Shown piece after piece: positions 49,775 through 61,670 of a stretch of 64,000 bases of DNA. Each line of letters opens with the position of its first letter. Within the stretch, counting starts at the first letter, position 1. Where the stretch lies: NCBI RefSeq assembly GCF_001447785.1, contig NW_015174272.1, forward strand, positions 728,286 through 792,285, written 5' to 3'. The position numbers and the translations under genes are program-made. The stretch is from Gekko japonicus. Lineage: Eukaryota. A model generated the notes under the pieces. That model was not told the DNA's origin. It ran no database searches and saw nothing but the letters and a program-made list of their open reading frames with translations.

Positions 49775-50798
49775 GATGAAGCAGGGGAGTTCGGGACGGA
49801 GCTCAGCAGTCAAGCATCTGTTCCATTCGGCCCTGACGCCACACCACGCCCCTCGCCTTGGTTTGTCTTTGACACTTTCCCCCTCCTGTGCTTCTCATAT
49901 TCAGTCTGTTGCCAAGTTATTTCTTTCTATGCCCCTTCTTCTCCATCACCTTGGCAAAAAACTGTGGTTCAGGTGCCAACTGTCTCTTGCATCGACTACT
50001 ACAGCCTCCTCCTCTCAGATCTTCTGTTTGTTGTATCGTCATCTCCCTCACATCTATCCAACATCCTGCCACCAAAATAATTCATCCCTCTCACCACCCT
50101 GACCAGGTGTCAACCTTCCTACGATCCCTGGCCACACCTTGATCACACACACACACACTCCTCATCCTTACCTTCAAAGTTCAAAGCTCTTCAGTGTTTT
50201 TCCATCCCTTATCTCTCCACTCCCATAGCCCAATAAATTGCCACATATGAACTTAGTTGCTCTAGTTCCACCACCCTCAGATGTCCAAAGGTCTCCTACT
50301 CTCTCAATAGGCCCACTCTCCTTTGTTGCCCCTTACTTTTAGAACTCCTCCTCAGCTTCCTTCCTTTGAGTCTCAGTGGCTGTCCTAGAGCCACCTGCTG
50401 AGCACTAAACTAGTGTCTTCTTGATTCATATTCTGGTACTGAAGGTGTAACTAAAGGAGATCCTGGGAGATCTGTGGCCAGCTCTTACCAGCATTTTCCA
50501 AAGCCCAACAGTGTAAGGCCCTGATTCAGTTTGGGCTCATGGGAGGGATTTAACTTTCCCATCCCCGCATGGTTTCACCAATCGAAGCTGACACCACCAC
50601 CATGGCTCTATGCTACTTAGCCCTAGACAGATAAAAAAGACAAAGACAACGTGCCTGTTTTTTCCCTTTCTTTCCGGGGCTAATAGTAGTGTATGCTTGT
50701 TGATTTCAATCGGTAATCCACACATAGAATTTCCTAGCCTCTATCTGTGTTGAAACAATGCGCTACTGCTATTTGCCTTTAAAAACTGTGGGAGAAGC

Positions 50799-51054
50799 AG
50801 ACCTGACCTGGACAGCCCAGGCAAGCCTGATCTCGTAAGCTAAGCAGGGCCAACTTGGATGGGAGACCTTCTTGGAATACCAGCAGTCGGGAGGCAGGGG
50901 CAGGCTTTATTCAGCCACCTCTCTGAACAACCTCCAGGACCCCAGTAGGGGTCAGTCACCAGAGGTCTCCATGACTCAAGTGCACTCACACGCATGCACA
51001 CACACACACGCACATATGAAAATTCTTTAAAAACCCACCCAAATACCCCCACCC
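50799..51054 (+). mobile_element. 5S rRNA-derived SINE, second copy
   Basis: 5S head GATCTCGTAAGCTAAGCAGGG..CTTGGATGGGAGACC..GGAATACC; same body as 1288-1533; 15-bp TSD aactgtgggagaagc/aactctgggagaagc. Confidence 0.8.
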
Positions 51055-51158
51055 AACTCTGGGAGAAGCCAATTGTGGATCTTCCAGTGTCTCATCTAAT
51101 GAGACCCTGAGTTCCTGTGCTGCACAAACTGCCTAACCAAGTCAACTAAACCGGATGT

Positions 51159-51380
51159 TAGGGTTGTCAAACTCCAGGTGAGGCCTGGAGTTCTCCTGGA
51201 ATTACATTTGATCTCTGCATTACAGGGATCAGTTCCCCTAGAGGAGTCAGGCACTTCATAGGGTAAACCCTCGGTATCACATTCCTACCTGCTGAGCTCC
51301 CTTCCCCCCTCAGACCCCACTTTCCCCTGGCACCGACCCCAGATCCCCAGAAATTTCCCAAGCCAAAGCTGGCAACCCTA
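51159..51380. mobile_element. hAT MITE (TAGGGTTGCCA family)
   Basis: TIRs TAGGGTTGTCA / TGGCAACCCTA; TSD ccggatgt/ccaggtgt. Confidence 0.75.
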
Positions 51381-53541
51381 CCAGGTGTAGAAGAAACAGA
51401 ATCTTACTGCAAGTACTTCCATGAACTCGGAGCAGTTTTACCAGTGCCTGCAACTGCTTTCTGTCATTAACATATAGCTTTCCCAAAGCACCCTCATTTT
51501 TGTTTCAGATAGGCTGGTCAGATGTCAGAGGACACAGTCCTCTATTTTTAATCACAAAGGGATGGTAAAAAGCTAGAGCGTTTTTTAATCTCTCCCTAAC
51601 AGGCTGCACCTATCAAGTGATTTTTCTCCTCAGCTGTCTTCTGCCTGCATCTGTTCACCACAGTTCTAGACTACATTCCACCTCCTCTTCATTCCATTCT
51701 GTTTCTGGGCTCCTTTCTCTGCTAATGTTAAGCTTTGCTGATGTTCTCCAAAGTAAAGGAAAGCCTCACAAGTGCCCAGCTCTTGATTCTCTTGCTTTAT
51801 GGAGCTGTAGGATGTCTGTCCCAGTAGACGTCTATGTCTCTTTTATGCTACATCACAAACCCACAAGTTACCTGTACTGATGAATAACATTTTGAAGTTC
51901 ATATAGGTTTCCCCAACAGGAAGGGGTTAGAGCTTAATGGCAGAGCATATGTAGAAGGTCCAGTGTTCAGTCCCTCAGAGAATAGAAACAAAGACTTTGG
52001 AGAGCCTCTGCCACTCAGAGTAGACAATAAATCAATAAATATTCTGATGTGGTTATAAGGCTCTAAACAGCTGTCAACATTATTAAATTTCAATGCCCTT
52101 ACCCATCTTTCTTGAAAAAAGGTTGGCTAGGATTTGAGCCACTACCTTCTTTTAAAACCAGCTTTCACCCAAATAGAAAGTTAAAGGTGTACATTTTAAA
52201 ACAGCTCTGCTTACCTCAGATTTCAGCTCACCCTTTGTCTGTTCGATCAGTTTGAAATGACAGCTCTTGGAATTGAGAAGGAGAAGCCTGTTCATGCCAT
52301 GTGACTGGCAAACAAACACGCTTTTTGTACAGAGGTTCCGGACAGGCTGGGGGAAAAAAATCAGGCTATGAGCCAAGCAAAGGGCCAAGTCCAAGGCATT
52401 GGATGATATCTGGGCATAAACAGCCATCCTGGATTTGGCCCAATAGTTTACCTTCCCACTCCTGAGAGGGGAAGTATTTAGCCATGGAAGTATTCAGCTG
52501 ACTCCTTGGCATCGTCTCCAGAGCCCTCACTCAGAGCAGTTGCTCCTATTATTCTCAAATAACTAGGATTATACCTTCACAATATCTCGCCTAAGAATGC
52601 ACTTTATTGCATGCAAGGGAACCTGAAAGGAGAAGCAAAGCAAGATGGGGGGGGGGGGGACAAGCGAAGACTGTATGGAACAGTACTTGACAGCCTCTTG
52701 AATTCCAGTATTTTTCCTACTCCATGCCTCTCTTTTACATACCTAATTGTGTTGGTTTTCTGAAAGTTAAAACATAACTGCAGCACCAGATCATTCAATG
52801 TCGAAGTGCTATTGAACTTTCTCAGAGCTACCTGGCTATGGCATTCCTGAATGAATCATTAATGGAAAGTTCTTGTTTGGAATAGGGGGATATTAAGTGC
52901 TGCTCTTGGCTTTGTAGAGACACAGGTAACTATTATAGTAACCGGTGTAAAGAGATGGAAGAGAACAACAGAAAAAGGAAGAACAAGAGATCTGTTCCAC
53001 AAGATCCAAGAAATCAAGGGTAAATATTTAAAGCATGGTTAGGTATGCTCAAGTCTGCCGAGAGCCACCATGGACAAAGATTCCATCTACCCCACCCCCC
53101 CCATATGACCCTTATCCAAACCAAACATCATAACAATACAAATCACTTGGCTGGCTGTTACCATGCATCTACAATAATAAAAGGTTCTGTATGTTCATTT
53201 GTGGCAGGCATAACTCATCAGAAAATAAAACCAGAAATCTCAGAACTGGCCACCAACTTCATGGGATCATGGGAGTTCCAGGGCCAAACATGAAAAGGAA
53301 TATCCTAGCCCGGGTTATCTCCAGACCCCCGCCCCCTCCCATGCTATTTGCAATGGAAGCTAAATGAGCGGCCACCCCCTCCCTCCCTCCCTCCCTCAGC
53401 CTCCCCTCCCCACCTCTTCCCAACAGCATTTAAAGTAGGGGTGTTGAACTCATTTGTTATGAGGGCCGGATCTGACATAAATGAGACCTTGCTGGGCCGG
53501 GCCATGTGCGTCATAAAGTGTAATGCCAGGTAGTGGAGATA

Positions 53542-54904
53542 TCCTGTCCTGTCCTTATATATAATTGAGGCCCACCCGCCCTCAGTCTGGACGGAGTCCC
53601 CGAAGGGGACACAGCCTCCTTAATGGCCTGGAACTGGAGCAGGTCGCCACGGAGGCCTCCAGCCTTGCCATGGGCCAGCTTCCGTGGCCTCTGACATCCT
53701 TCCCACCTGCTCACCCTCCGGCCTCGCCTCGCCACCTCGTCTGCCCGCTGCGGCCACCTCCCTTCACGCCCCCACCGATCCGGCCAAGCCACCACCCCCT
53801 ATATGTGGGTGGTGGCCAAGCTCTGTCTCGGCCGCATCCCAAGCAACCGCCCGGACGCGGCCGAGAGGCTCCACCCTGCCTGCCCAGGATGGGGCCTCCG
53901 TTCCTGGCTGCCGAACATCTCTCCAGGCGGCTGCCCGCCGCCCACTTGCCATTCGCCGCACCTCCATCTCCACTCTCCCGCCTCCCGGTGACTGCTTCTG
54001 CGGGGTGCTGGCGCTGGAGCCTGGATTGGGGGGGGGCTGGCCGATGGGGGCAGCAAGCCTTGCTGGGGGGGGGAAAGCCTCCCCCCCAANNNNNNNNNNN
54101 NNNNNNNNNNNNNNNNNNNNNNNNNNNNNNNNNNNNNNNNNNNNNNNNNNNNNNNNNNNNNNNNNNNNNNNNNNNNNNNNNNNNNNNNNNNNNNNNNNNN
54201 NNNNNNNNNNNNNNNNNNNNNNCCCCCCCCCCATCTACCAAGCCAAAACAGTCCACTGCAATGCTCCCTCTAAGCAGTGCGGTCTTGTGAGCAAGAGTTC
54301 TACTTTGTGTGCTACTGCCATTAAAGTTGTGAGCAAGTAATTTGCTGACTGCATAAATGAGTTTGCTCTAGAGCCCTCCTTGCTGAGCTAAGACAAAAAT
54401 GTGAAAGCTGGAGGCTAAAAAACTTTGAGCTACTTCGGCCCGAGCGCAGCTGGAATGGGTGGCAAGCGGGTGTCCCTGCCTCGCCGCTGCTCCATCGCCA
54501 CGTGTGCCGCTCGCTCGCTTACTTGGGCGGCCGGTGGGGAGAGGGGCCAGGCCGGCAGCCTTGTCATGCCGGGCCCTTGGCCGGGCAGGTGGGGAGATAT
54601 GCCAGGCTGGCCGGCTTGGCCTGCTGCCCCCTCAGCGGGTAGGGGGAGCGCAAGCCCACTGAGACCTCAGCCGGCGAGAGAAAAACCTAGCCTGGCTGGA
54701 TTGGCCTGCCACCCCCTCAGAGGCACTGGGGGGGGAGGAGCTGCTGGGAGGGAGCCCTGACTGCCGCCGCTGCCACCAGGCGCTGGTTCCGACAGCCTTG
54801 TACCCCCGGGGACTCAGATGAATGGGGGAGGGGGCAGGGACCCGTAGCCAGGCGCCCAAACTAGTGTTCGTTGTCTTCGTTCCTACAACGGGCCTGATTC
54901 CTAG
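53542..54904 (+). mobile_element. Non-autonomous Helitron
   Basis: 5' TC (TCCTGTCC..TCCTTATATATAA), subterminal hairpin GTTCGTTGT..ACAACGGGC, 3' CTAG, inserted between A and T with no TSD. Confidence 0.7.
54259..54432 (-). mobile_element. hAT MITE family A copy 5 (truncated)
   Basis: One TIR CAATGCTCCCTCTAAG and body matching 10030-10232; other end missing. Confidence 0.75.
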
Positions 54905-55847
54905 TAAACTTTATAAAGGACACAAATAGAAATGGTTTTTTTTTTACTTAAAATAAAATCATGCTTAAAAATTTAGCACTCTTGCAGTATTTTGTTTAAC
55001 AGTGTCTGATAACTGACACCTCTTGCTCTAAATTATTGCATCAAAATGTCTGTGCAAACCTATGATAGCACAGCAGCAGCAGAACTGGAAGAAGAAGCAG
55101 AAGACAGCCAGTTCCACTGCAGGCCTGATAGAAGTCCTCCGGGGGCCTGATCCGGCCCTTGGGCCGCATGTTTGACACCCCTAATTTAAAGGGCCCCCTT
55201 AAATGCTGTTGGGAAGAGGCAGGGCCTAATGCCTGCACTCCAAGCCACAAATTCGCAGCTTGGAGTGCAGCATGGGGGGCCCTTTTAAATGCTTTTGGCA
55301 AGAAGCAGGGGGCGCTCGTCTCCAATGTGATGATGTCACTTCTGCCTGACATCATCATGTTAGGCACATTCCGGCCCCTCCAATAGCATCCCCCAAAGTC
55401 CCCCGCCTGGGGACTTCAAAGGACCTGGCAACCCTAGAAAAGAGCAAGACCCAACATGATATGGATTGACTCAATCAAGGAAGCCACAGCCCTCAGTTTG
55501 CAAGACCCAGCAAGGCTATTAACAACAGGTTGTTTTGGATGTTAGTAATTCACAGCATTACCATGAATCAGAAGTGACTTGACAACACTTAACACATATG
55601 CACAGTTGTCACTTTGGCAGCCTTTTGAGGTGGTGCCCCTATTCTTTCTCAGAATTTCCAGAGCGTCCACAGGCTTAACAAGGTTGAGGACCACTAGTCT
55701 AATCATGACAAAAAATAATCATGGCACCAATCAAAGTGGGTATAATGACTCCACTACCTGACATGATTCTGTTATTGATACTGTCCAGTGATAGCGCTGG
55801 TTCCTGGTTCCACAGAGTTCCTTGTCGCAAACATGGACTTCCCAGGA

Positions 55848-56630
55848 GTCAGTCAGTCAGTTTATTCAGTATAAAACCAGCACAAATCAATTACAATCAA
55901 TTATTCAGTATAAAACCAGCACAAATCTATTACAATTACCTAAATAATGTCAATACAAAGAAAGGTACTAATAAAATATATAAAATATCAAATGTTTAAA
56001 TATAAACTGTATTTAGTTACAAAACTGCTAAAACTCTTAAGTTTCTACAATACTCCAGCAACTGTTGAATAAGAGTTATTCAATAAGTGTTATAAGGGTT
56101 AGACAATTCTACTCTGCATCCCCTAAGCCTTCTAGATTATTTCTAAGATTGTTCTACACGTGTAACACATATTTTTTGAGCTATTGCTAGGAATTTAGCA
56201 CAGTTTATTATGAGCTGTGGGGCAGGATCGAATAATAGTTTCCTACTTATCTCCTTATCTGGATATCCATGATACCTCCTCAGGATAGGATGGATAATCT
56301 TTACTCTGATGGTTTCATAAAATACACAATGGAGTAAAATATGTTCAATTGTTTCAACTTTCCCTGAACTGCATGGGCATAATCGCTGTGACAAAAAGTA
56401 CCTTTTTATATCCGCCTTCTAACACTGCCGAAGGAAAGATGTTACATCTTGCCAGGGAGTATGCCCTGCGGTGAGAGGGGATCTCTAATAGCGATAAATA
56501 CCTTGCGTGAGCAACTATATATTTTGTTACTTTTGAGGCCAAGAATGTCGATACTTTAACAATATCACTTTACCTCTCGGTGTCATATATTCTTTGTTTG
56601 ACAATGGCCCTAGCTTGTTCTAGTGGCATT
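55848..56630 (-). mobile_element. 3' fragment of RTE-X-like LINE
   Basis: RRAYSLARCNIFPSAVLEG, CPCSSGKVETIEHILLHC, AATAAA(CTGA)n tail; 39-bp tandem duplication at ~55862-55937. Confidence 0.65.
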
Positions 56631-57350
56631 ATCTGTAGTGACTCTGAGGAGAAACCAAGCAGCTGTATCTTATGGGGTACTGCCCAAAGTCAATCGGAAC
56701 AACAGCATTCCCAGGAGTGAGAAAAGCTGCCCAGAGCATCCCCCCAGGCCCTGCTGCCAGGAGCCACAGTGACCCATTCGCAAAGGCTGACACTGTTGCA
56801 GCTGGAGGAGGGAGCGCCAGCCTCAGCAGCGAGGGGCAGCTGGGCCCAAGATAGGCAGCTGAAACCCTCTGGCTGAGGAGCCTCACCTCAGCAATGTCAT
56901 CTGCTGGCACCACAAGAGCAGTGCTGGCCCCAAGAAGGCTTGCTGGTCATGTGATTGCCCAACCCCAGTGCTGGAACCCTTTCCACTCAGCCTGGACTAA
57001 CCAAGTGGCTGATTCAGGTGGGGGCAGGGCTTGAGGGGGGTTAGAGAGTCAGGGTGGTGGTGGCAGAGAATGACAGACACTTGAGTGGAGGTTCCCTCCT
57101 GGTGGGTGGAGAGGGGAAAGATTGGAGTGGAAAGGTAGGTGATTGCAGAGGAGGCTTCAGGAACAGGTCGGGGAGCAAGCTGATGCCTAAACTAGGAAGC
57201 ACCAAGGGTTGAGTCCACTGTCCAACTGGGAGCAGGAGGAACAAGGTGAAGCTGCCCACTCCCCCCCCCCATTCTGAGGCCTGAGGAAGCCTCCCTATGG
57301 GTGCAGTCAAGATGGCTGACCTTCAACAGGCATTGCCTCACAGATACCTT

Positions 57351-57599
57351 TGGGGGATGCCAGCCTCTGGGTGGGACCTGAGGTTCCCCGGAATCACAGT
57401 CCATCTCCAGACTACAGAGATCAGTTCCCCTGGAGAAAATGGATGCTTTTGAGGAGGGACTCCATGGCATTGTACCCCACTGAGGTGTCCCTGTCCTCCC
57501 CAGGCTCCAGCCCCAAATCTCTAGGTGTTTCCCAGCCTGGATCTGGCAGCCCTAGCCCCCCATCCCCCGCTGGTGGCCCAGGGGGACCTGGCAACCCAA
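57351..57599. mobile_element. hAT MITE (TAGGGTTGCCA family)
   Basis: Degenerate TIRs, TSD gatacctt/gatacatt, body matches 4963-5120 and 51159-51380. Confidence 0.7.
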
Positions 57600-57631
57600 G
57601 ATACATTATATGTATTTTCAGACTTTACTGC

Positions 57632-57940
57632 TGAAAAGTACTGAGACTTACTAGCGATTTCAGCTCTCATACTTTTATTTAGTTTGGAACAAGACAACTA
57701 GAACCGGCTCACAGGGCAGTTTATATGTGCAACAATCCCACACCCAAAACACACCCACACACAAGTGATTGGTCATTATAGTGGCCGAGAGTTCCATGGG
57801 CTTTCGGCCGGGAACCTGGCCCTCCTATTGGTGCGGGCTAGGATCCACTTGGCCCATTGTTCCTGAGAGCGAAGCTCAGCCGCTTTGCCTGGCCGCGTGG
57901 CGACCTAGCCGCGCACGCGGTCAGAGATGGATACATTACA
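57632..57940 (-). mobile_element. Solo LTR (309 bp)
   Basis: Minus strand TGTAATGTAT...GTACTTTTCA, CCAAT boxes, ATATAAA, AATAAA, exact TSD actgc. Confidence 0.82.
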
Positions 57941-58839
57941 ACTGCTGACTAGTGCTTCTCTACCATCTCTGATTTACTCTGAACATCTAGCCTGATAAAG
58001 CATTCTGGTAAACTAAAATGAGATTTTAGCTAGTCCTAATCAAAAGTTATTCTACTTTCCCTGGTTTTGGACTTTTCATATGGACCCACACATTATCATC
58101 TCTGTAGGATTGCCAGATCCTCCCTGGCCACCAGCGTGGGTGGGGTGGAGGGGACTGACCATGGCCCATTCTGCATCTAGCATTCAGTTTGCTGTTTTAT
58201 CACCTTGGAACAGAAATTCCCCTCTACATTGCATGCTACTTTCTTTGATTGTTGGATTTTATGGTAGGGTCCACACTGCATGCTGGTTTCACTTCCTTTG
58301 ATCGCTAGGTTTTATGGTACTGTCTGGATTTATGGCCATTCAGGGGTGACTGCAGTCAGTAGGGCCACTACCCCCTCCATATATAGGGGGTAGTGGTAGG
58401 GCACACCCCGGGTATTAGAATGTTCTTTTGAGCTGCATCTTTTTCTGTTTCAGTGTGGGTTTGGTAAAACAAAGGAGCGAATGCTAGATGCAGAATGGGC
58501 CCTAGTGTCTAGAGGGTCAGGGTGGTGTGGTGGCAAGCAGGGAGCTTGAAGACGTGGATTCAAATCCTCGCCATGCCATGCTCACTGAGTGACCTTAAGC
58601 TAGTTACTCTCTTTCTGCCTAACCTACCCAGTGTGAGGATAAAATGGAGAGGAGAACCATATAAGCCATCAAGTGCCCTTGGGAGGAAGGGTAGGATAAA
58701 AATGTAGTAGACAGCTAAATAGATTTTCTCCTCTACTACTCTCCCCTTACGCAGGGCCGGGGTATAAAGTTTTCCAACCGCACGCCGCCTTGTGCTGGCA
58801 AGCGTTTGGTGATATTTTCAGTCGAAAAAATTAAAACAA

Positions 58840-59023
58840 TCCACTGGCGGGCGTCAGAGGACGCACTGAAATCAATGCTTCTTCCTCGCCAGAACTACAA
58901 TTCCCATAAATCTTTAGCCTTAGGCATCATGAAAGGCGGGGCCTCTCTTCATTGGCTACCGGTGGGCAAGTGGAAACTAATTTCTCCCGCGCTTTCCTTC
59001 TTTGCTTTTTTTTTTTTTTGGAT
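58840..59023 (+). promoter_or_regulatory. PRIM1 proximal promoter
   Basis: ACTACAATTCCCA (ZNF143/THAP11-type motif) 58894-906, GC box GGCGGG 58935-40, inverted CCAAT 58951-55, E2F-like TTTCTCCCGCGC 58981-92. Confidence 0.7.
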
Positions 59024-59126
59024 ATGGCCGAATTTGATCCTGGTTCCTTGCCTGACCTGCTGCCACTCTATTATCGCCGCATCTTCCCCTTCGGCCCTTA
59101 CGGCAGGTGGCTGCTCTATGGTGACG
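59024..59126 (+). CDS. PRIM1: DNA primase small subunit, exon 1
   Basis: MAEFDPGSLPDLLPLYYRRIFPFGPYGRWLLYG; 103 nt, G|GTAAGA donor. Confidence 0.95.
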
Positions 59127-59519
59127 GTAAGATGTGGGGCTGGAATATTTGGGGTCCTGGTGGATGGGGAGGAAAGCAGAAGGAAACAGAAAGCCAACGG
59201 AACAATGTGCCGGGGGTTGGGGGAATGACATTGACGAGCTTAATTTTCACTTTCAGAGACAGTTTCCCGTATGGAGAGTACCTTTGAGCATATGCAGAGT
59301 AACTTTCGTTATTCAGTATTCAAGAATTAGAGGAAAGGCCTTTTGGGGCAGTGGTATGACACATACACTTTTAGGACTCAGTGGTTCTTCACCTATAATA
59401 TCCTAGCNNNNNNNNNNNNNNNNNNNNNNNNNNNNNNNNNAAATAATTTTAATGCACTCTCCACAAGAAAAGCAACGTTTCAGATAAAGCAACAAAGCAG
59501 CTTCCTGAGTCACAATTCT

Positions 59520-59708
59520 GTCCCTGAATGTAGTAGGAGTGGACCACGGAGTCCACGAAGTGGAATGACATCCCCTGGGTGTAGCAGGAGGGTTCTGGAA
59601 CTGGAATGACAAGTCCCGGAGTGGAATGACAGCCCCTGGATGTACTAGGAGTGGTCTGGGACTGGAATGAGAGGGCCCAGAGTGGAATGACAGCCCCAGG
59701 GGGTAGCA
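59520..59708. repeat. Degenerate minisatellite, ~60 bp unit x3
   Basis: Recurring CCCTGG.TGTA..AGGAG...AGTGGAATGACA units. Confidence 0.75.
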
Positions 59709-59749
59709 CAGTATAGCTAAGGATGTGAACTTCTGTTTTCTTTTTGCAG

Positions 59750-59907
59750 TGTCAAAGAATTACTTTCAGCGGCGAGAGTTCTCATTCACACTGCATGATG
59801 ATATTTATGTCCGGTACCAGTCTTTCAACACCCCCCAGGAGCTGGAGAAAGAGATGCAGAAGACATGTCCTTACAAAATTGACATTGGGGCTGTATATTC
59901 ACATAGG
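59750..59907 (+). CDS. PRIM1: DNA primase small subunit, exon 2
   Basis: KNYFQRREFSFTLHDDIYVRYQSF...PYKIDIGAVYSHR; 158 nt. Confidence 0.97.
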
Positions 59908-60863
59908 GTATGGAGCGCTTTAGAGCAACAGAACGTATGGGTTATAAAAATATTTGAAATGTATCTGCTCGGCCATCTTTCTTTAAGTGAGATGAACATA
60001 TTTTTAAAACCAGTTCTGTGTGGATTTCATGTCGCACTTTATATAATGACAAGTATGGTCTTGAGGGGGCATCTCACTTTCTCCTGTACCCCACTTCCCT
60101 ACTATTTCCTTTTTCTCTTCCCTGGCAGCCTCCATTGTCCCCTTTTCCAGCATCTTTATCTCCTTCTCACCAACCTACCTTTATCTGCCCTCTGTGTTCA
60201 GTCTTCTTCCCTCCCACAGGCAGCTTCTCCCTGGGAAAAGTTGAGCCTATTTGTGTAGTTGTCACCAGTCTAGGCCCGGTGGTGTGGGCAGTGAGTCTTC
60301 AGTGGTCGCTGCCAGGCATGTCCTCAGAAAGCCCTCCTCCATTGGGGGACATGATGGGGGAAGGGGGTTGGACCCTTCCTGGGCTTGTTTGACCTCCAAG
60401 TCCACCCCTGCTCACCCCCCCCCCCCCCTCCCCCCCCCCCCCCCCCATGGCTTTGCTATACAGAAACCAAGCATTTGGAAGGTTCAACAATATTGTTGTG
60501 GTTGCTTAGCTAACTCTAATATGGCGACTGAGAGCTAAGTGGGCATTCTTTTCTTAAAGCTACAGGCATTGTTTCGATTATTTTGGGGTGCTTTAGACTT
60601 CCAATGGTTTTTTTTTCAAATTTCAGATTTTGCTGTAAACCTGGGACCTCCTTCAGGTTTGTAGAAAAATTTCCCCCGTCTCACCCTAGTTCCATATGAA
60701 ATCTGTTAACCCAAACTCTATGGCCCTGTTCGGAATTAGATATATGATGTAGATAGTAGTACTGCCATTAGCAGGTACCTTCTTGCAACATTAGTTATTC
60801 ATCACACAATCTATTATACCCATTTTACGGCTAGGAAGAACAGAGTCTGACAGTCGTTTCCTT

Positions 60864-61105
60864 AAAGGTAAAGGTAAAGGTTCCCTTGCTAGAAAGCCAG
60901 TCGAATCCGACTCTAGGGTTGCGGTGCTCATCTCCGTTTCAAAGCCGAAGAGCCAGCGCTGTCCGAAGACGTTTCTGTGGTCATGTGGCCGGCATGACTA
61001 AACACCAAGGCGCACGGAACGCTGTTGCCTTCCCACCGAAGTGGTACCTATTTATCTATTTGCAATTTCTTGCTTTCGAACTGCTAGGTTGGCAGGAGAG
61101 CCGTT
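60864..61105 (-). mobile_element. Sauria-type SINE 3' part
   Basis: (AAAGGT)3 = (ACCTTT)n tail followed by typical CGACTCTAGGG..GCTCATCTCCGTTTC body. Confidence 0.75.
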
Positions 61106-61378
61106 GGCTTACTGGGGAGATATTGGGCAGAGATATTCTCATTGGTGTCTCCAGGCTAAAAATGACAAGTTTCCTGAACTTGCAAAATGTTCCTTCATGA
61201 AGTGTTGTCCATTTGAATTACTTAAAAAAAAATTGGACCATTGACAGCTCAAATACAGTGAAATATTATCAAATAATTGTCAGACTTTGTTACTGTTGTG
61301 AAACAACAAAACTGAAATCTAAATGCTTGTAATCAGTTATCGATTAAGTGATATTCTTTCTGATTTTCCTCTCTGCAG

Positions 61379-61485
61379 CCTATCCAACACAACACAGTGC
61401 ACATGGGAGCCTTCCAGGCTCAGGAAAAGGAACTTGTGTTTGACATAGACATGACAGATTACGATGATGTCAGACAATGCTGCAG
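61379..61485 (+). CDS. PRIM1: DNA primase small subunit, exon 3 (gene continues beyond the window)
   Basis: [35 protein letters not shown] with the catalytic DxD; 107 nt. Confidence 0.97.
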
Positions 61486-61670
61486 GTATTTTTATTTCTT
61501 ATCTGGATTAGTGATGTGGAGGTAGGCAGCCTGCTTTCGTAGGATATTGTGGTCCTGAAATCTGAAAAGGAAGGTGTGTAGAGTATTAATCCTTCTCAGC
61601 TTCACTTTCTAGGCTTCACAAGACATTATTACATTTTGATACCTTGCAGTGCTTGAGGACTAGCAACTTG

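Larger units (their letters stand above)
42113..49854 (-). mobile_element. L1 with both termini (5'UTR, ORF1, ORF2 EN/RT/zinc knuckle, A-rich tail), frameshifted and internally rearranged
   Basis: 16-bp TSD GCCTTGGTTTGTCTTT (42097-112 / 49855-70); ORF1 46726-47694; EN SLNCRGLN..LQETH..GDFN..SDH 45042-46112; RT QGCSLSP..FADD; CWRSC..HCWWYC. Confidence 0.93.
41850..50400 (+). mobile_element. Old L2 fragment split by the L1 insertion (L2 parts ~41850-42112 and ~49855-50400)
   Basis: Decayed RT-like text (QFYLS...WMSHCYLKL) continues across the duplicated target site. Confidence 0.6.
53436..55183. mobile_element. hAT (Charlie-like) MITE interrupted by a Helitron
   Basis: TIRs TAGGGGTGTTGAAC / GTTTGACACCCCTA; exact TSD atttaaag. 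Confidence 0.88.

Noticed and set aside
53565-54859. GC-rich ORFs or CpG island suggesting a hidden gene
   Set aside because: Low-complexity Pro/Gly/Ala translations lying wholly inside the Helitron-like element.
59520-59708. CRISPR-like repeat array
   Set aside because: Vertebrate intron, degenerate tandem units, no unique spacers or cas genes.
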